DNA of 64,000 nt from Paraspadella gotoi (taxonomy: Eukaryota; Animalia; Chaetognatha). A program made the position numbers and the translations under genes. Below the pieces are notes generated by a model that saw only the letters and a list, made by a program, of their open reading frames with translations, ran no database searches and was not told the DNA's origin. The stretch is from positions 1,742,037 through 1,806,036 of the forward strand of contig JBJCIZ010000744.1 of the NCBI GenBank assembly GCA_051294375.1. Reading direction: 5' to 3'. This document shows positions 1-10,900 of the stretch, piece by piece (positions within the stretch are counted from its first letter, which is position 1; each line of letters opens with the position of its first letter).

Positions 1-125
1 AAGCAGTCTCTCAGCTTTGGAACAGGCTATAACACCGTATTACAGGCGGATTAAGGGCCCCGTTCCTCTTAACTCACCAATGACCTCTGTGAACGGGGTG
101 GTGGATTTTGAGCCACCGGCGAGGC
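1..125 (-). mobile_element. Internally deleted copy of the interspersed element at 23315-23520
   Basis: The reverse complement matches the ggtgg..aaaatccacc hairpin and the gttaagagg.acgggg..cttaa.ccgcctgtaa.acggtgtta.agcctg...aagct.ag.gactgctt tail of the 23.3-kb copy, but lacks most of the tRNA-like segment. Confidence 0.75.
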
Positions 126-340
126 TTCATTTTACATTCTCCGACTAGTGTTTGGGGTGTTTTAGGGTTATGGGTATTTTAGGGTTAAAGTGTGGTTAGC
201 GTTTGGGGCGGTGAAGTTTAAGGTAAGTTACATAACAATGTTTATAATTCTTTTTAGTTATACAAGTTTATATATTGACAATGTATAGCAATTTTATCAT
301 CGTTAATCATAAAAAGCGAAAATCCTATTCGGCGAATTTT

Positions 341-436
341 AAATTTTACCAGCTTGACTGTTCTCTATTCTTAAATTTTACCAGCTTGACTGTTCTCTAT
401 TCTTAAATTTCACCAGCTTGACTGTTCTCTATTCTT
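341..436. repeat. 32-bp tandem repeat, 3 copies
   Basis: Unit aaattttaccagcttgactgttctctattctt, three times with one substitution. Confidence 0.9.
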
Positions 437-533
437 ACTTAATCACCTCCCGCGTTCACGAAGCTTCACATCTCCCTCGCTCGAGACTAAATACCCCACA
501 CCCCGCCCCTCTCCCCACTGCACCCGCCTTCAG

Positions 534-787
534 AAACACCCCTCCACCACCCTTACCCACAACGATCCTTCGACGAGCGACTTCTGCGGCGACTGCGACG
601 CCGCCTTCGAAGACGCCGCCCACCCCCAATCCGTCGCGCACCTCTTGAACGCCGCCTCGTCTACCGGCGTCACGGATCCGGCGCCGGGAAATCTCGAGGG
701 CGCCGTTGAGAATCGAGGGTTCCGTCTCATGACGAGGATGGGATGGGACGGAGCGAGGGGATTGGGGAAGGACGGCGAGGGACGGAG
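534..787 (+). CDS. GPANK1: G-patch domain and ankyrin repeat-containing protein 1, penultimate exon (upstream exons lie outside the window)
   Basis: Acceptor cttcag|534 and donor ag|gtgagg at 787/788. Translates KHPSTT...DFCGDCDAAFEDAAHPQSVAHLL...ENRGFRLMTRMGWDGARGLGKDGEGR: a CxxC...H..S.AHLL motif followed by the first half of a G-patch, the arrangement in the GPANK1 C-terminus. Not in the ORF track because it has no start codon. Confidence 0.88.
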
Positions 788-1622
788 GTGAGGGGAGAGA
801 GAGAGAGAGTGCTGTGGGAAGAGAAGAGAAAGAGAAAATACTTTTGCGCCAATCGGTTTTAGAGATAAAGATGTCGATTTTAGTCAATGCATTAATTTCT
901 TAACGAGAAAACGAGTTTGGCAAAGTTATATATATATCGTCACCCGCACTGCTAATATTTCGACCTACTAATAAAAGACAGGTTTTTGTTGAACCTACCC
1001 CCCCCCCAGAGTCAAAAAAGTGCAATTAGAAAATATAATTTTAGTTTGTGACTCTTGTCTATTAACCCATTCACGGCGACATTCCATTTTCGCCACTAAT
1101 CACAAAATGTCACGATTTCGAAATTCTTTTGCCAATTCTGAAGACAAAGTAAATGAACTTCATCTTAGTCGTGATAAACTTTGAACTTTCTCAAAAAAAC
1201 GTTTAACTCTAACGAATTTCAAACGGAAACCAGTCTCGGCCATTATAATTAAATAATACGGCCTGGATTCTTAAAAAAAGAAAAACCTATTTTCTCATCT
1301 CAACTCTTTCAAGTTAAATCTTCTCATCCCTTCAATTTCAACTCTTCGAATTCTTGGATCAATCTCGTCGAGTCTCTTCGATCATTTCCAGCTCCTCAGA
1401 TTTTCATCGAAATTCTCCGCCATTTTTTTTTTTCATTCGCCATCGTTACAAAGACTCGGATCTGTTTTTAACGCATTCAATTTAACCACTCGTTGCTTAG
1501 TATTTTATTCACCATTTAACAAATTTAATCTCCATTCAATCCAGGAATTTATTTTTTTAACTAACAAAAAACCATCCACGACCGCCATAAAAAAAAAACA
1601 AACAAAACAAACAAAACAAACA

Positions 1623-1838
1623 ATGACTCTCATGGAAATCTGCGTCGATTCCATCGTCTCGGCGTCGAACGCGATCCGCGGCGGCGCCGACCGTCTCGAA
1701 CTCTGCTCGGCGTTGGCGTCCGGCGGCGTCACTCCCTCCGCCGGACTCTTGCGGGCGACGAAGGAATTATTTCCCGGCGTCGTCGTCTTCGTCATGATTC
1801 GTCCGCGAGAGGGCGACTTTGTCTATTCGGAGGTTACC

Positions 1839-1875
<37 letters not shown>

Positions 1876-2540
1876 TCAATTTTGTCAATTTTATGATCGT
1901 ACATCAGTCGGAGTAGTCAATTTTCACTTTCTGGTTTCAGTTTTTGACCTCATACTGACCTTTCTCCTTGTGTCTCTCTCTTTCTCTTATTTCCAACTGT
2001 CCACTTTAGATGGAACTCCGTCAAATGGAACTGGAGATCGATTCTTTTAAATCCTTCGGCGCCGACGGATTCGTCTTCGGCGTCCTCACCCCGGAAGGCC
2101 TCGTCGACGCCGTCGCCTGCAGCCGCCTCATCTCCCTCTGCCGCCCTCTTCCGGCCACTTTCCACCGCGCCATCGATCTCTGCGCCGATTGGCGGCTCTG
2201 TCTGACTGCTGCGCGGGACTGCGGCTTCTCCAGGGTTCTCACTAGCGGCGGCGCGGCGTCGGCTGCGGAAGGCGCGGAGGCGATCGCCGAGATGGTGCGG
2301 ACGGCGAAGGATTGGGATGGTTTCGAGGTGATGGCCGGAGCTGGAGTTGGAGTGGACAACGTCGTCGAGTTGGTGGAGCGGACTGGAGTGAAGGAGGTGC
2401 ACGCCAGCGCCAAGAAGAGGGTGGAGGGGAGGAAAAGGAGCGGGGTGAGGTTGGGCCGAGGGGAGAAGGAAGAAGAAGTGATATTTGTTACTTGTGAAGA
2501 GACGGTGAGAGGACTGAAGGAGAGGTTGGAGGTGAAGTGA
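1623..2540 (+). CDS. CUTC: Copper homeostasis protein CutC homolog, 2 exons (1623-1832, 2010-2540), ~246 aa
   Basis: Motifs [78 protein letters not shown] and EVHASA are all CutC signatures. Phase-0 GT..AG intron at 1833-2009. Confidence 0.96.
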
Positions 2541-2709
2541 ATTAGGGGAGGAGGAGGTGAAGTGATTTATTTTTGAATTGATTAGCTTTTTGTAAAAACT
2601 ACTTAGTAAAATGAATGAAAAATGAATAAGTCGCAGAAAAGTTTTATAGTTTCTTTTTTCTCATTTGAAGCTCACACCTGTATTTTTATTCGCATTTTAC
2701 CAAACAAGA

Positions 2710-2783
2710 GCATTGGTGGTTCGGTGGTAGAATGCTCGCCTGCCACACGGGCGGCCAGGGTTCGATTCCCGGCCGATGCACCA
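2710..2783 (+). tRNA. tRNA-Gly(GCC) copy with genome-encoded CCA, probably a non-functional retrocopy
   Basis: GCATTGGTGGTTCGGTGGTAGAATGCTCGCCTGCCACACGGGCGGCCAGGGTTCGATTCCCGGCCGATGCA followed by CCA. The cloverleaf is recognisable, but it has A14>G, a C:A mismatch in the anticodon stem, an A:G mismatch in the T stem, and no oligo-T terminator downstream. Confidence 0.85.
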
Positions 2784-2784
2784 C

Positions 2785-3160
2785 TGTTGGAGGTGATTTT
2801 ATGAGGATTGCCAGCGGGCGAAGGTGGCTCACGTCGAGGGGGAGCTGGATAGTATCGGAGTCTCCAACGGCGCCCACCAATCAGCGGACGGCGCGGTTTA
2901 CAGATGCTTGTGTCTTATTGTAAGGATCTGAGAGATAACAGAGGCGCACAATATGAACGAGAGGAGGACCAAGAACAGTATGTTCATTTATTACTATATA
3001 GCACGATACTCATTTATCGAAAAGGTAAACGGGGTAATAAATATGATAGATCTAAGCAATCATTATTTATATTTACATTGAAGAAGAGTTCGTGCAATGT
3101 TCGTAGCAAATTGTTTTTCATCTCGAGTCCTTCGATGTCCGCACGAATTTGTCTCCAACA
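2785..3160 (-). mobile_element. Solo LTR-like element (376 bp) abutting the tRNA-Gly copy
   Basis: Terminal inverted repeat TGTTGGAG (2785-2792) / CTCCAACA (3153-3160). Minus-strand TATAAA at 3071-3066 and AATAAA at 2992-2987. The minus strand ends ...CAACA-g-TGGTGCATCGGCCGGG, which is LTR end + 1 nt + primer-binding-site geometry. No target-site duplication seen. Confidence 0.65.
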
Positions 3161-3837
3161 CTCATTAAAATAAAGAAATTTTTTTGGTATATTATTTTTA
3201 TTTGCGATTTTGATATTAAAGGGGTCAAAAGTTTGGCAAAAGTTTATGGCGACTTATTCATTGTCCAAGATGGTATTAAAGAATGAATAAAATTAAATCG
3301 CTTTTCATTTTCGTGAAAAATTTTTTTTTTCTAAGTTTTGTGTACTGAACGAGCTTATTACTTAATTATATAGAAAAGAACATCGTCTTCTTACTTAAAT
3401 GAGAAGTTAGAGATTAAAAAGGCAACTAACTTTTAAGACATCTCGAGCTGATAAATTGAGATCGCGTCGACTGATACGATTTTAAAATTCACGCAAGCGA
3501 CTGAAAAAAATCGTTCTCACTAATTGTTCATGATTACCTTTTTATTTCAGAGTGATAATGGTCTTAAGTTTTAAACCGTCGTACTATTTCTTTTTTTTTA
3601 ACATTATAAGTTTCTAATTTTTTCTTCCTTTCCTTTTATTTTCGTTTTAAATGAGAAACTTTTTTTTTTTCATTTATTATCGTCGACTATTTTCTCATTT
3701 ACTTATCCCCTCATCATTTTCCCTTTACGACCTTTCTCTTTCTCTTCAATCTTCCCCACTCCACTTCTTCTCCACTCTTTCTCCCCCTTTTTAACGCCAC
3801 CTCCACCTTCTTCCTCACCCACCCCCAACCACTTCAG

Positions 3838-4075
3838 AAACCCCATCCCCACTCGCCTCAAACGCGACCGCCTCGGCCTCGGCCTTCGTCGCTCCAAAGC
3901 CAGAGTCACTCACTTCGCCGCCAACGACGAAGACGCCGTGCGGAGTCTGCCGAGGACGACGAGGATTATGAGGAAGACGACGACGACGAGGACGATGACG
4001 AGGGAGGAGGCGAAGAAGAAGAAGAAGAGAGAGAGGGAGTGGGAGAAGGGGATGAGGAGATACATGAACGAATGA
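3838..4075 (+). CDS. GPANK1: GPANK1 terminal exon
   Basis: Acceptor cttcag|3838, phase-2 compatible with exon 534-787. Reads (R)NPIPTRLKRDRLGLGLRRSKARVTHFAANDEDAV...EREWEKGMRRYMNE*, matching the remembered GPANK1 tail NPIPT.LKRD..GLG.....RVTHF...D..AV...WE..LR.YMN. Confidence 0.88.
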
Positions 4076-4592
4076 GGAGAAGAGAGAGAGGGAGTGGGAG
4101 AAGGGGATGATGAATGAAGAGAAGAGATGAAAAATATCTTCGGAAAAAGTTTTTCATCGATCAAGTACTATAAGACTGAACTTTACCATCGCAGATGGAA
4201 TCAGAACCAATCCGGATTGGACTCTCTCATTGGACGAACCACCAAGTGAACCGACCAATTACAAGATGATACTATACTTTTTATAGATTAATGTTCATCG
4301 GTGGTACGATGTTCAAAATTGACTATTAGAATTTTAATACGTGACTATCACTTCACTCTACTGTATGCTGTTATAATCTTTGTTACTAATTTTTTAGAAA
4401 ATGTTGTTTACATCTAGATAGCAATTTTGCGATTTTTGCTTCCCTTTTGACGAAAAAATTTTATAAACTTTTTCTTCGTTTTTGAAGATTTTTTTGAAAC
4501 GCCTCGTGTATAAATCAAAACAAAAACAAACCAAAAAAAAAATGAAATAAAGAGAATAGAAAAGGTTAAAAGAAAAAAAATTAAAAGAAGAG

Positions 4593-7500
4593 ATGGAGCC
4601 TCGCGTTCCCTCACTCTCCGCTTCGTCCATGATGAACGTGGGTCCATCCGTGGGGACTCAGTCCTCCCTGCCACTCCCCCGCCCCCTCCTCCCATGCCTT
4701 CTTATCCTTATCCTCCTCTCCTTCCATGCTTCATCAATCATCATCACACCACCTGCCGGGCATGCCTCGCGGTCTATCCGCACTACCTTCGTCCCGGTCT
4801 CCGCTCACGGAGGCGTCCCTCTCAGTCAACATCATCCGCCGCCGCCTCCGCCGCCCCCGCCGCCTCATCATCATTCGCTGGAGATGCCGCCGCCGGGACA
4901 CATTTATCCGCCGCAGCCGCCGCCGCCGCCGCATCAACCCGTGACCAGGTGAGAAATTTGATGGTCTGTCTGGACAGTTTATTAAAAAAAATAAATAGTG
5001 AAGATGTAAAAATATTAAAAATTCCATCCTCCACTAAATTTTAAAAGATATCAGTTATTAATAAATTAATAATTAATAAATTAATTAATAAAGAGACTAA
5101 AGAAGGATGTCAATGTACTGGTCGTCATTTTTTATACTAATTTATCGGAAAGCAAAGCTTGATTGAAACCTGGCAGCATCCTGTGAAAGGGAGGGGAGGC
5201 CTTTCCCAACAAAGCTTGTTCAAAGTCATTGGGCAAGTTTATTTATTTATTGAACGAATGGCTAATTTTATATTGGTTATTCCAATGCTGTTTCAGTAGA
5301 ACTAAATGTTTATCTGAAAGCCTCGACTGAGCGAACGCTGGTTGGCGTCCTCGTTTCTTACCATTTCCTCTTTCCCCCTTACTCCCCTTACCCCTCTTAC
5401 TCTCCCCCCCCCCTCTTTTCCAGCCACCCATCCAGCTCCCATCACGATCCTCTCCTCGTCACGGGCGTCGTAGGATCCCACGATCCTCACCCACCACCCC
5501 CTACTCTCCACCCTCACCACCATCATCACCACGCCCACCCTCATGCGCCGCCGCCGCCGCCGCCGCCGCCTTTTCATTCTCCCCATCATCTCTCGTTGCC
5601 TGACGCCGGAGGAGGCGGCGGAGTCGTCGCTGGTGAGGAGCGATTGGGAGTTTTGTGAACGTTTCTGGTTAATCGGTCAATTAGTTTGTGAACGTTTACG
5701 GTTACATCCGGTACAATCTCAGTTTCGTTGAACGTTTCGGTTAATCGGTCAATTAGTTTGTGACGTTTACGGTTAAATCGTCAATTAGTTTGTGAACGTT
5801 TATGTTAATCGTCGTCAATTAGTTTGTGAACGTTTACGTTAATCGGTCAATTAGTTTGTGAACGTTTACGGTTAATCGGTCAATTAGTTTGTGAACGTTT
5901 ACGGTTAATCGGTCAATTAGTTTGTGACGTTTATGGTTAATCGGTCAATTAGTTGTGAACGTTTACGGTTAACCGTCAATTAGTTTGTGAACGTTTACGG
6001 TTAATCGGTCAATTAGTTTGTGAGCGTTTACGGTTAATCGGTCAATTAGTTGTGAACGTTTTATGGTTAATTGCAATTATTTGTGAACGTTTCCGGTTGA
6101 TCGTAAGATTATTTGTGAAGTTTAAGGTTAGATCGGTCAATTAGTTTGTGATGTTTACGCGTTAATCGTCAATTAGTTTGTGAACGTTTCGGTTAATGCG
6201 TCAATTAGTTTGTGAACGTGTTACGGTTATCGTTCAATTAGTTTGTGAACGTTTATGGTTTATTGGTCAATTAGTTTAGTGTTAGTAACGTTTACGGTTA
6301 TCGGTAAATTAGTTTGTGGTAACGTTTATGGTTAATCGGTCAATTAGTTTGTGAACGTTTTCAGCTAATTAGCTTGAAATTTTAAATCTTTAAGCGTTGT
6401 AGTTTCATTAATGTAGTAAGAGAATACCGAGCAGAACAATCTGTGTGTCTTTTTAAATGAGATGAAGTTAATTAATCTCATTTACATATTGTCGTGGTTT
6501 AATTAAGTAATATAACAGTTATATTCTTTTGCGTTGAAGGTTTAAGGTTGTCAATTTACTTTGGTAAATGATTAGGTTGTTGGCTTGATTCATTTAATTC
6601 ATTGTAAAGTTTGGTTTCCTATGTAGTAAATTCAATATCAAGTTTAAAAAAAATACTAATAAAACGAATGTCTTTCTCAGTCGGTTGCAGCGTCGTCCCC
6701 GAGGTTTCTCTTTCTCTCTCTCTCGGGTCGGGAGAGAAAACCTGTCACCTACCGCCGCCGCTTTCGTTGCCGCTGCCGCCTCCGCCGCCGCCACCGGGTA
6801 AGCCAAGCTGTGATGTTTACTTACTGCGCTTCTATTTAACTTACCCTCTTCCCCCGCCTTCTCCCAGACGTGGCCCTGTCCTACCTACCCCCTCCCCCTC
6901 CTCACCTTGGCTCCTCTTCCCCGCTCCCTCTCAAACAACAACAGCAACTCCAACAAATCTCATTACAACTCCAGCAACAATCCCAACAATTCCTTCATCA
7001 ACATCAGCAGCAGCATCAGAGGCAGCATCTGCCGGCGCCGCCGCAGCATCATCCTCATCAGGGGCTGCTGCAGATCGATAATCGGCCGTCGACTCATCAG
7101 ACTCTGCGGGTGGAAGAAGGGCAGGGTGAGTTAAATTGATATGAATTTAGTGCAACCAATTTAAAAATTATCCATTCATTTAATAAATAAGCTATCTTGC
7201 CCCTGACTTTAGACAGGATTAGGTAGTTTAAGGCCTCCATCACTCTTACAAGATAACAGATAACACAGCAGGTCCCTGAAAGCTTTCAATCAAGACTCTC
7301 TCACATTCTTGTTCACTCCCAGAGTACCAAGGTAGTGGTATAATACATATTTCAAAGTATGTTTCAAAAAGACCACTCCCTCAAGTATTATAGTATTACA
7401 TACTGAAAACTATTAAGATTATAAATATTACTAATCTAATTAATTTTGATAATATTAGGCGGCCACGCCCCCAGGGAAAGCGAGGAGGAAGAGGAAGATG

Positions 7501-7943
7501 AGGAAGAGGAAGAAGAGGAAGAGGCCGACGTCAGCATGGGCGTCATCGTGGATCAGGTATGACGTGATTTATTGGTTTTGTTGGTTTGGTTTGGTTTTAT
7601 TGTTTTGTTTGTTATGCTCGTTTTGATTTTATTTCGTTTGGTTTTGTTTTTGTTACATGACTTTTTTTTTTTTTCCAAATTTTATTTCTGTTTTTCGTCT
7701 GGTTTTCGTGTTTAATATTAGTTTGCTTTATTATTGTTTGCGTTTATTTTTTATTTGTTAAATTAACTTGGTTGTTGTACGGTTGTTGTGGTTCGATTTG
7801 TTTAAATCATTATTCATTCGTTATACTTATATATCTTAACATTTTGATATTTATCGATCTCTTCAAAGGACGATACTGGAGGAACGTCGCCCATTTCTCC
7901 GATTATGACGTCGAAAGTGGAAGAGATGTTGACGTCTGGAAAG

Positions 7944-7974
<31 letters not shown>

Positions 7975-10900
7975 ATGAAGACGACGAAAGTGAGATATTT
8001 TTGTTGTTCTTGTTTTTTTTTTTATCTTTTAGCATCAAGAGGGCGTGCACGTGTATATTAGGTATTACCGCAATATGCAAATGAGATTATAATACCCATT
8101 TTACTTAGGCCTCCACGACAACGACGCGGCCGTTTTGGACGCGTCACCCGCGCGACTCCAGCGCCTTGACGACGACGGGAGAGAAGCGCCTTTGGAGACG
8201 GTGAGAAGGAAACTGGTGGCGAATTGGACTAGAGGGGTTTTGGGGGGAAATTCTTGTCTTTACCCGATTGTTATCATAAAAAAAACCTTTTCCACCCACC
8301 ACCCACCCACCTCTCTTTCAGTCCGTCTCCCCTTCTCCTCCCTCCGCCTCTAAATCGCCTCATCTTCAAATCTCAAAATCTCCACCGGAATCGAAATCCT
8401 TTAAAAACGTCCAAACTTCGCCCCCGGCGTCTGTCAGGTTTGAGGAAGGGTGGGGAGGGTTGAGGGTAAGGGGAGGGGTAAGAGGAGGGGTAAGGGTAAG
8501 GAGAGGGTAAAAAAAATTATTATGATTAATCAAGTTTTATTCTTAACTAAATATAATACGTACACATTGACGCCAGAATGACACATAGAGACACAATAAG
8601 TATTGAATAAGCAAGTTAGACAGTAAGATCTTTCAAATTCTAATTAAAATAATATTTACATTAACACCTCATTCATTGTGTGGATAAAATTTAAAAAAAA
8701 AAAAGATTGCCAGGGAATAGAAATCAGCCTATTAGCGAAATAGAAAAATGATTTAAAAAAAAAAATATTTTATTGCAAAGAGAGGTAGTTTTTCCATTAA
8801 CTTCAATTAAGATTCTTCATTTTTTTTTTCATCCATTTATCGATAAATTTAATCCACTTATTCTTTTAATTTCTAATTTTTAATTGATTTTTTAAAATTT
8901 TTCCATCGATGTTTTTTTTCTCTTTCAGTTCCCCCGATTTCCGGCGCCATTTCCCTCTCCCTCCTTTGCCTTCGACGTCGTCGCCTTCGCCATCCTCGTC
9001 GCCGCTGGCGTTAAACGCCGCCGCCGCCCACCGCTTCGTCGGCGCCGCATTCGACGAAGCCATCGACGTCGCCACCGGCGTCGATAAGGACGCCGCTGCC
9101 GCATCCGCGGCGTCGGGTCGAGCGAGCGGCGTCGAAGAAAATAACGCCGTCGGCGACGAAGGTTTCATCGTGGACGGCGCCGATTTTGAAGACGACGCCG
9201 CTGGATACATCGACGACGAAGACGGCGCCGTTTACGACGAACGATTCGCTTACGACGAACACGACGACGACGACCGAAGCGACTACGCCGAGGATTACGC
9301 CAATAACTACGCCACCGATTATTCAAAAAAATATAAAGTCAGAGAATACCGCGGAAAACGCGTCAAATATGCCGAGGATGACGACGATGACGAAGGTAAA
9401 CGCGAAACGTCACCGGCCGATGACGAGGTCAAGGACTACGCCAATAACTTAACCAAGGACTACGCCAACGACCACTCGGAAATTGGCGTTAAACGGATCA
9501 AATTCCAGATGGCGTTAGAAGACGAAGGGGAGGAGGCGGGAGTCGAGAAGGAGGAGATGGAAGAGAGAGATGAAGAGGAAGAGGAAGAGAAGGAAGAGAG
9601 AATAACGACATTGACCCCGGAGTCGGCGACGTCGGCCAACGAGAGAAGCGCCGCGTCGACCAGAGTCGCCGCGGGAGAGGTTAGTCAGTTGGATTCTTTA
9701 TTCGTACAATTTGTAATGACCTCTATTTTTAGTTGGTCTGTCGGTCGGTACGTCCGTCTGTCTCACTTACGTTAAAAATGCTCACAACTCCCCTATAAAA
9801 CTCTTTTTTAAAAAATCCTTTCATTAAGTTGGTCAAAAATCAGAAAAACCTTTTTTATATCAACTTTTGACAAGGAATTTCAAATCTGCCATCAAAATTG
9901 AGAAAAGTCTATTTTAAAATCTTATGATTTTTTAAGGATAGTACTTTTATTAATTTTGATGGCAGATTTGAATTCCTTGTCAAAAATTGATAAAAGAAAA
10001 TATAAATAATTTTTAAAAATTAGTAGGTTAAAAATTTTATTTTCAGTTTAATATATCGGTTTTTCTGATTTTTGACTAACTTAATGAAAGAATTTTTAAA
10101 AAAGTTTTTTTCAACTTTAGTAATGTCTGGTTGTTTGCAATGAAACTTTCCAGAGCAGTGATCAACCGTAAGACGTTGGTTATACATAACTTTCCTAGTC
10201 ACAGGGAAATGCCTATAAAAAAAAGTCACTGCGCGATCTTGCTTTATGGCAATTTAATTAATCGCGAGGTGCTTCATTACCGCAGGACGGAGTCGTCAGC
10301 AAACCAACCGAAGACGTCGAGACGTTGATTGCGGAACTCTGCAAGACGCCGCATCAGAAAGAGTTGGTCGCCAGATTCGTGGACAAGGGCTGCGGTTGCG
10401 CTATTGGACCTTATCGAAGAGCTTGCTACAAAGGTTTGAGTCTTTTAGACTGAGATTGCTGTTTAAGGTATAAACGTTAAACAATAATTGAGCGCCCAAA
10501 CAAATGTCATAATTAGCATTGGCATGTAACAATGACGTAATTATTATCCATGGGCTTATTTGAAAGATTCGTAAATTAGCTGCTTTTATACTGAAATCAT
10601 GTATTTAGTAGGAGAGTAACATATCGTGGATTATTTAATAAGATTATATCATATCTTTTGATATTGTATTTTTACATATACTTTGAATAAGATTTAATAA
10701 TGATTTAGTTTTCTAAAAAAATAGATATATGGATCAACAGCTACAACAGCTACAGCTACAACAAGAGCAGTGAAAGCAATTGTTAATTTCTTCCAGGTTT
10801 TTCAGTTGAGGAAATAATAAAGAAGCGAAACGAAACTTTGGATTTGCCGAGGAGAGAGAGAGAGCTCTTGGTCAAAGCTCATCTCCTCCATATGAGGAGG

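Noticed and set aside
456-887. Minus-strand 143-aa ORF and similar antisense ORFs over CutC, the 4593 gene and ICE2
   Set aside because: Shadows of GC-rich plus-strand exons.
2915-2980. gtaaggatctgagag resembles RNase P RNA CR-I; also considered a tRNA-snoRNA dicistron
   Set aside because: No matching CR-V/P4 partner and no convincing C/D boxes. The segment is better explained as LTR interior.
4660-5520. Apparent frame switches in exons 1-2 of the 4593 gene (also near 13030, and 24770-24860 in ICE2), suggesting programmed frameshifting or pseudogenes
   Set aside because: They fall in or near C/G runs, the nearby minisatellite is full of indels, and the conserved ICE2 motif continues across them. 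Unpolished assembly error is the simplest explanation; check with accurate reads.
5652-6360. 33-bp repeat array as a CRISPR array (also 11806-12235 and 61175-61462)
   Set aside because: Head-to-tail units with no unique spacers, no cas genes, and a eukaryotic context.
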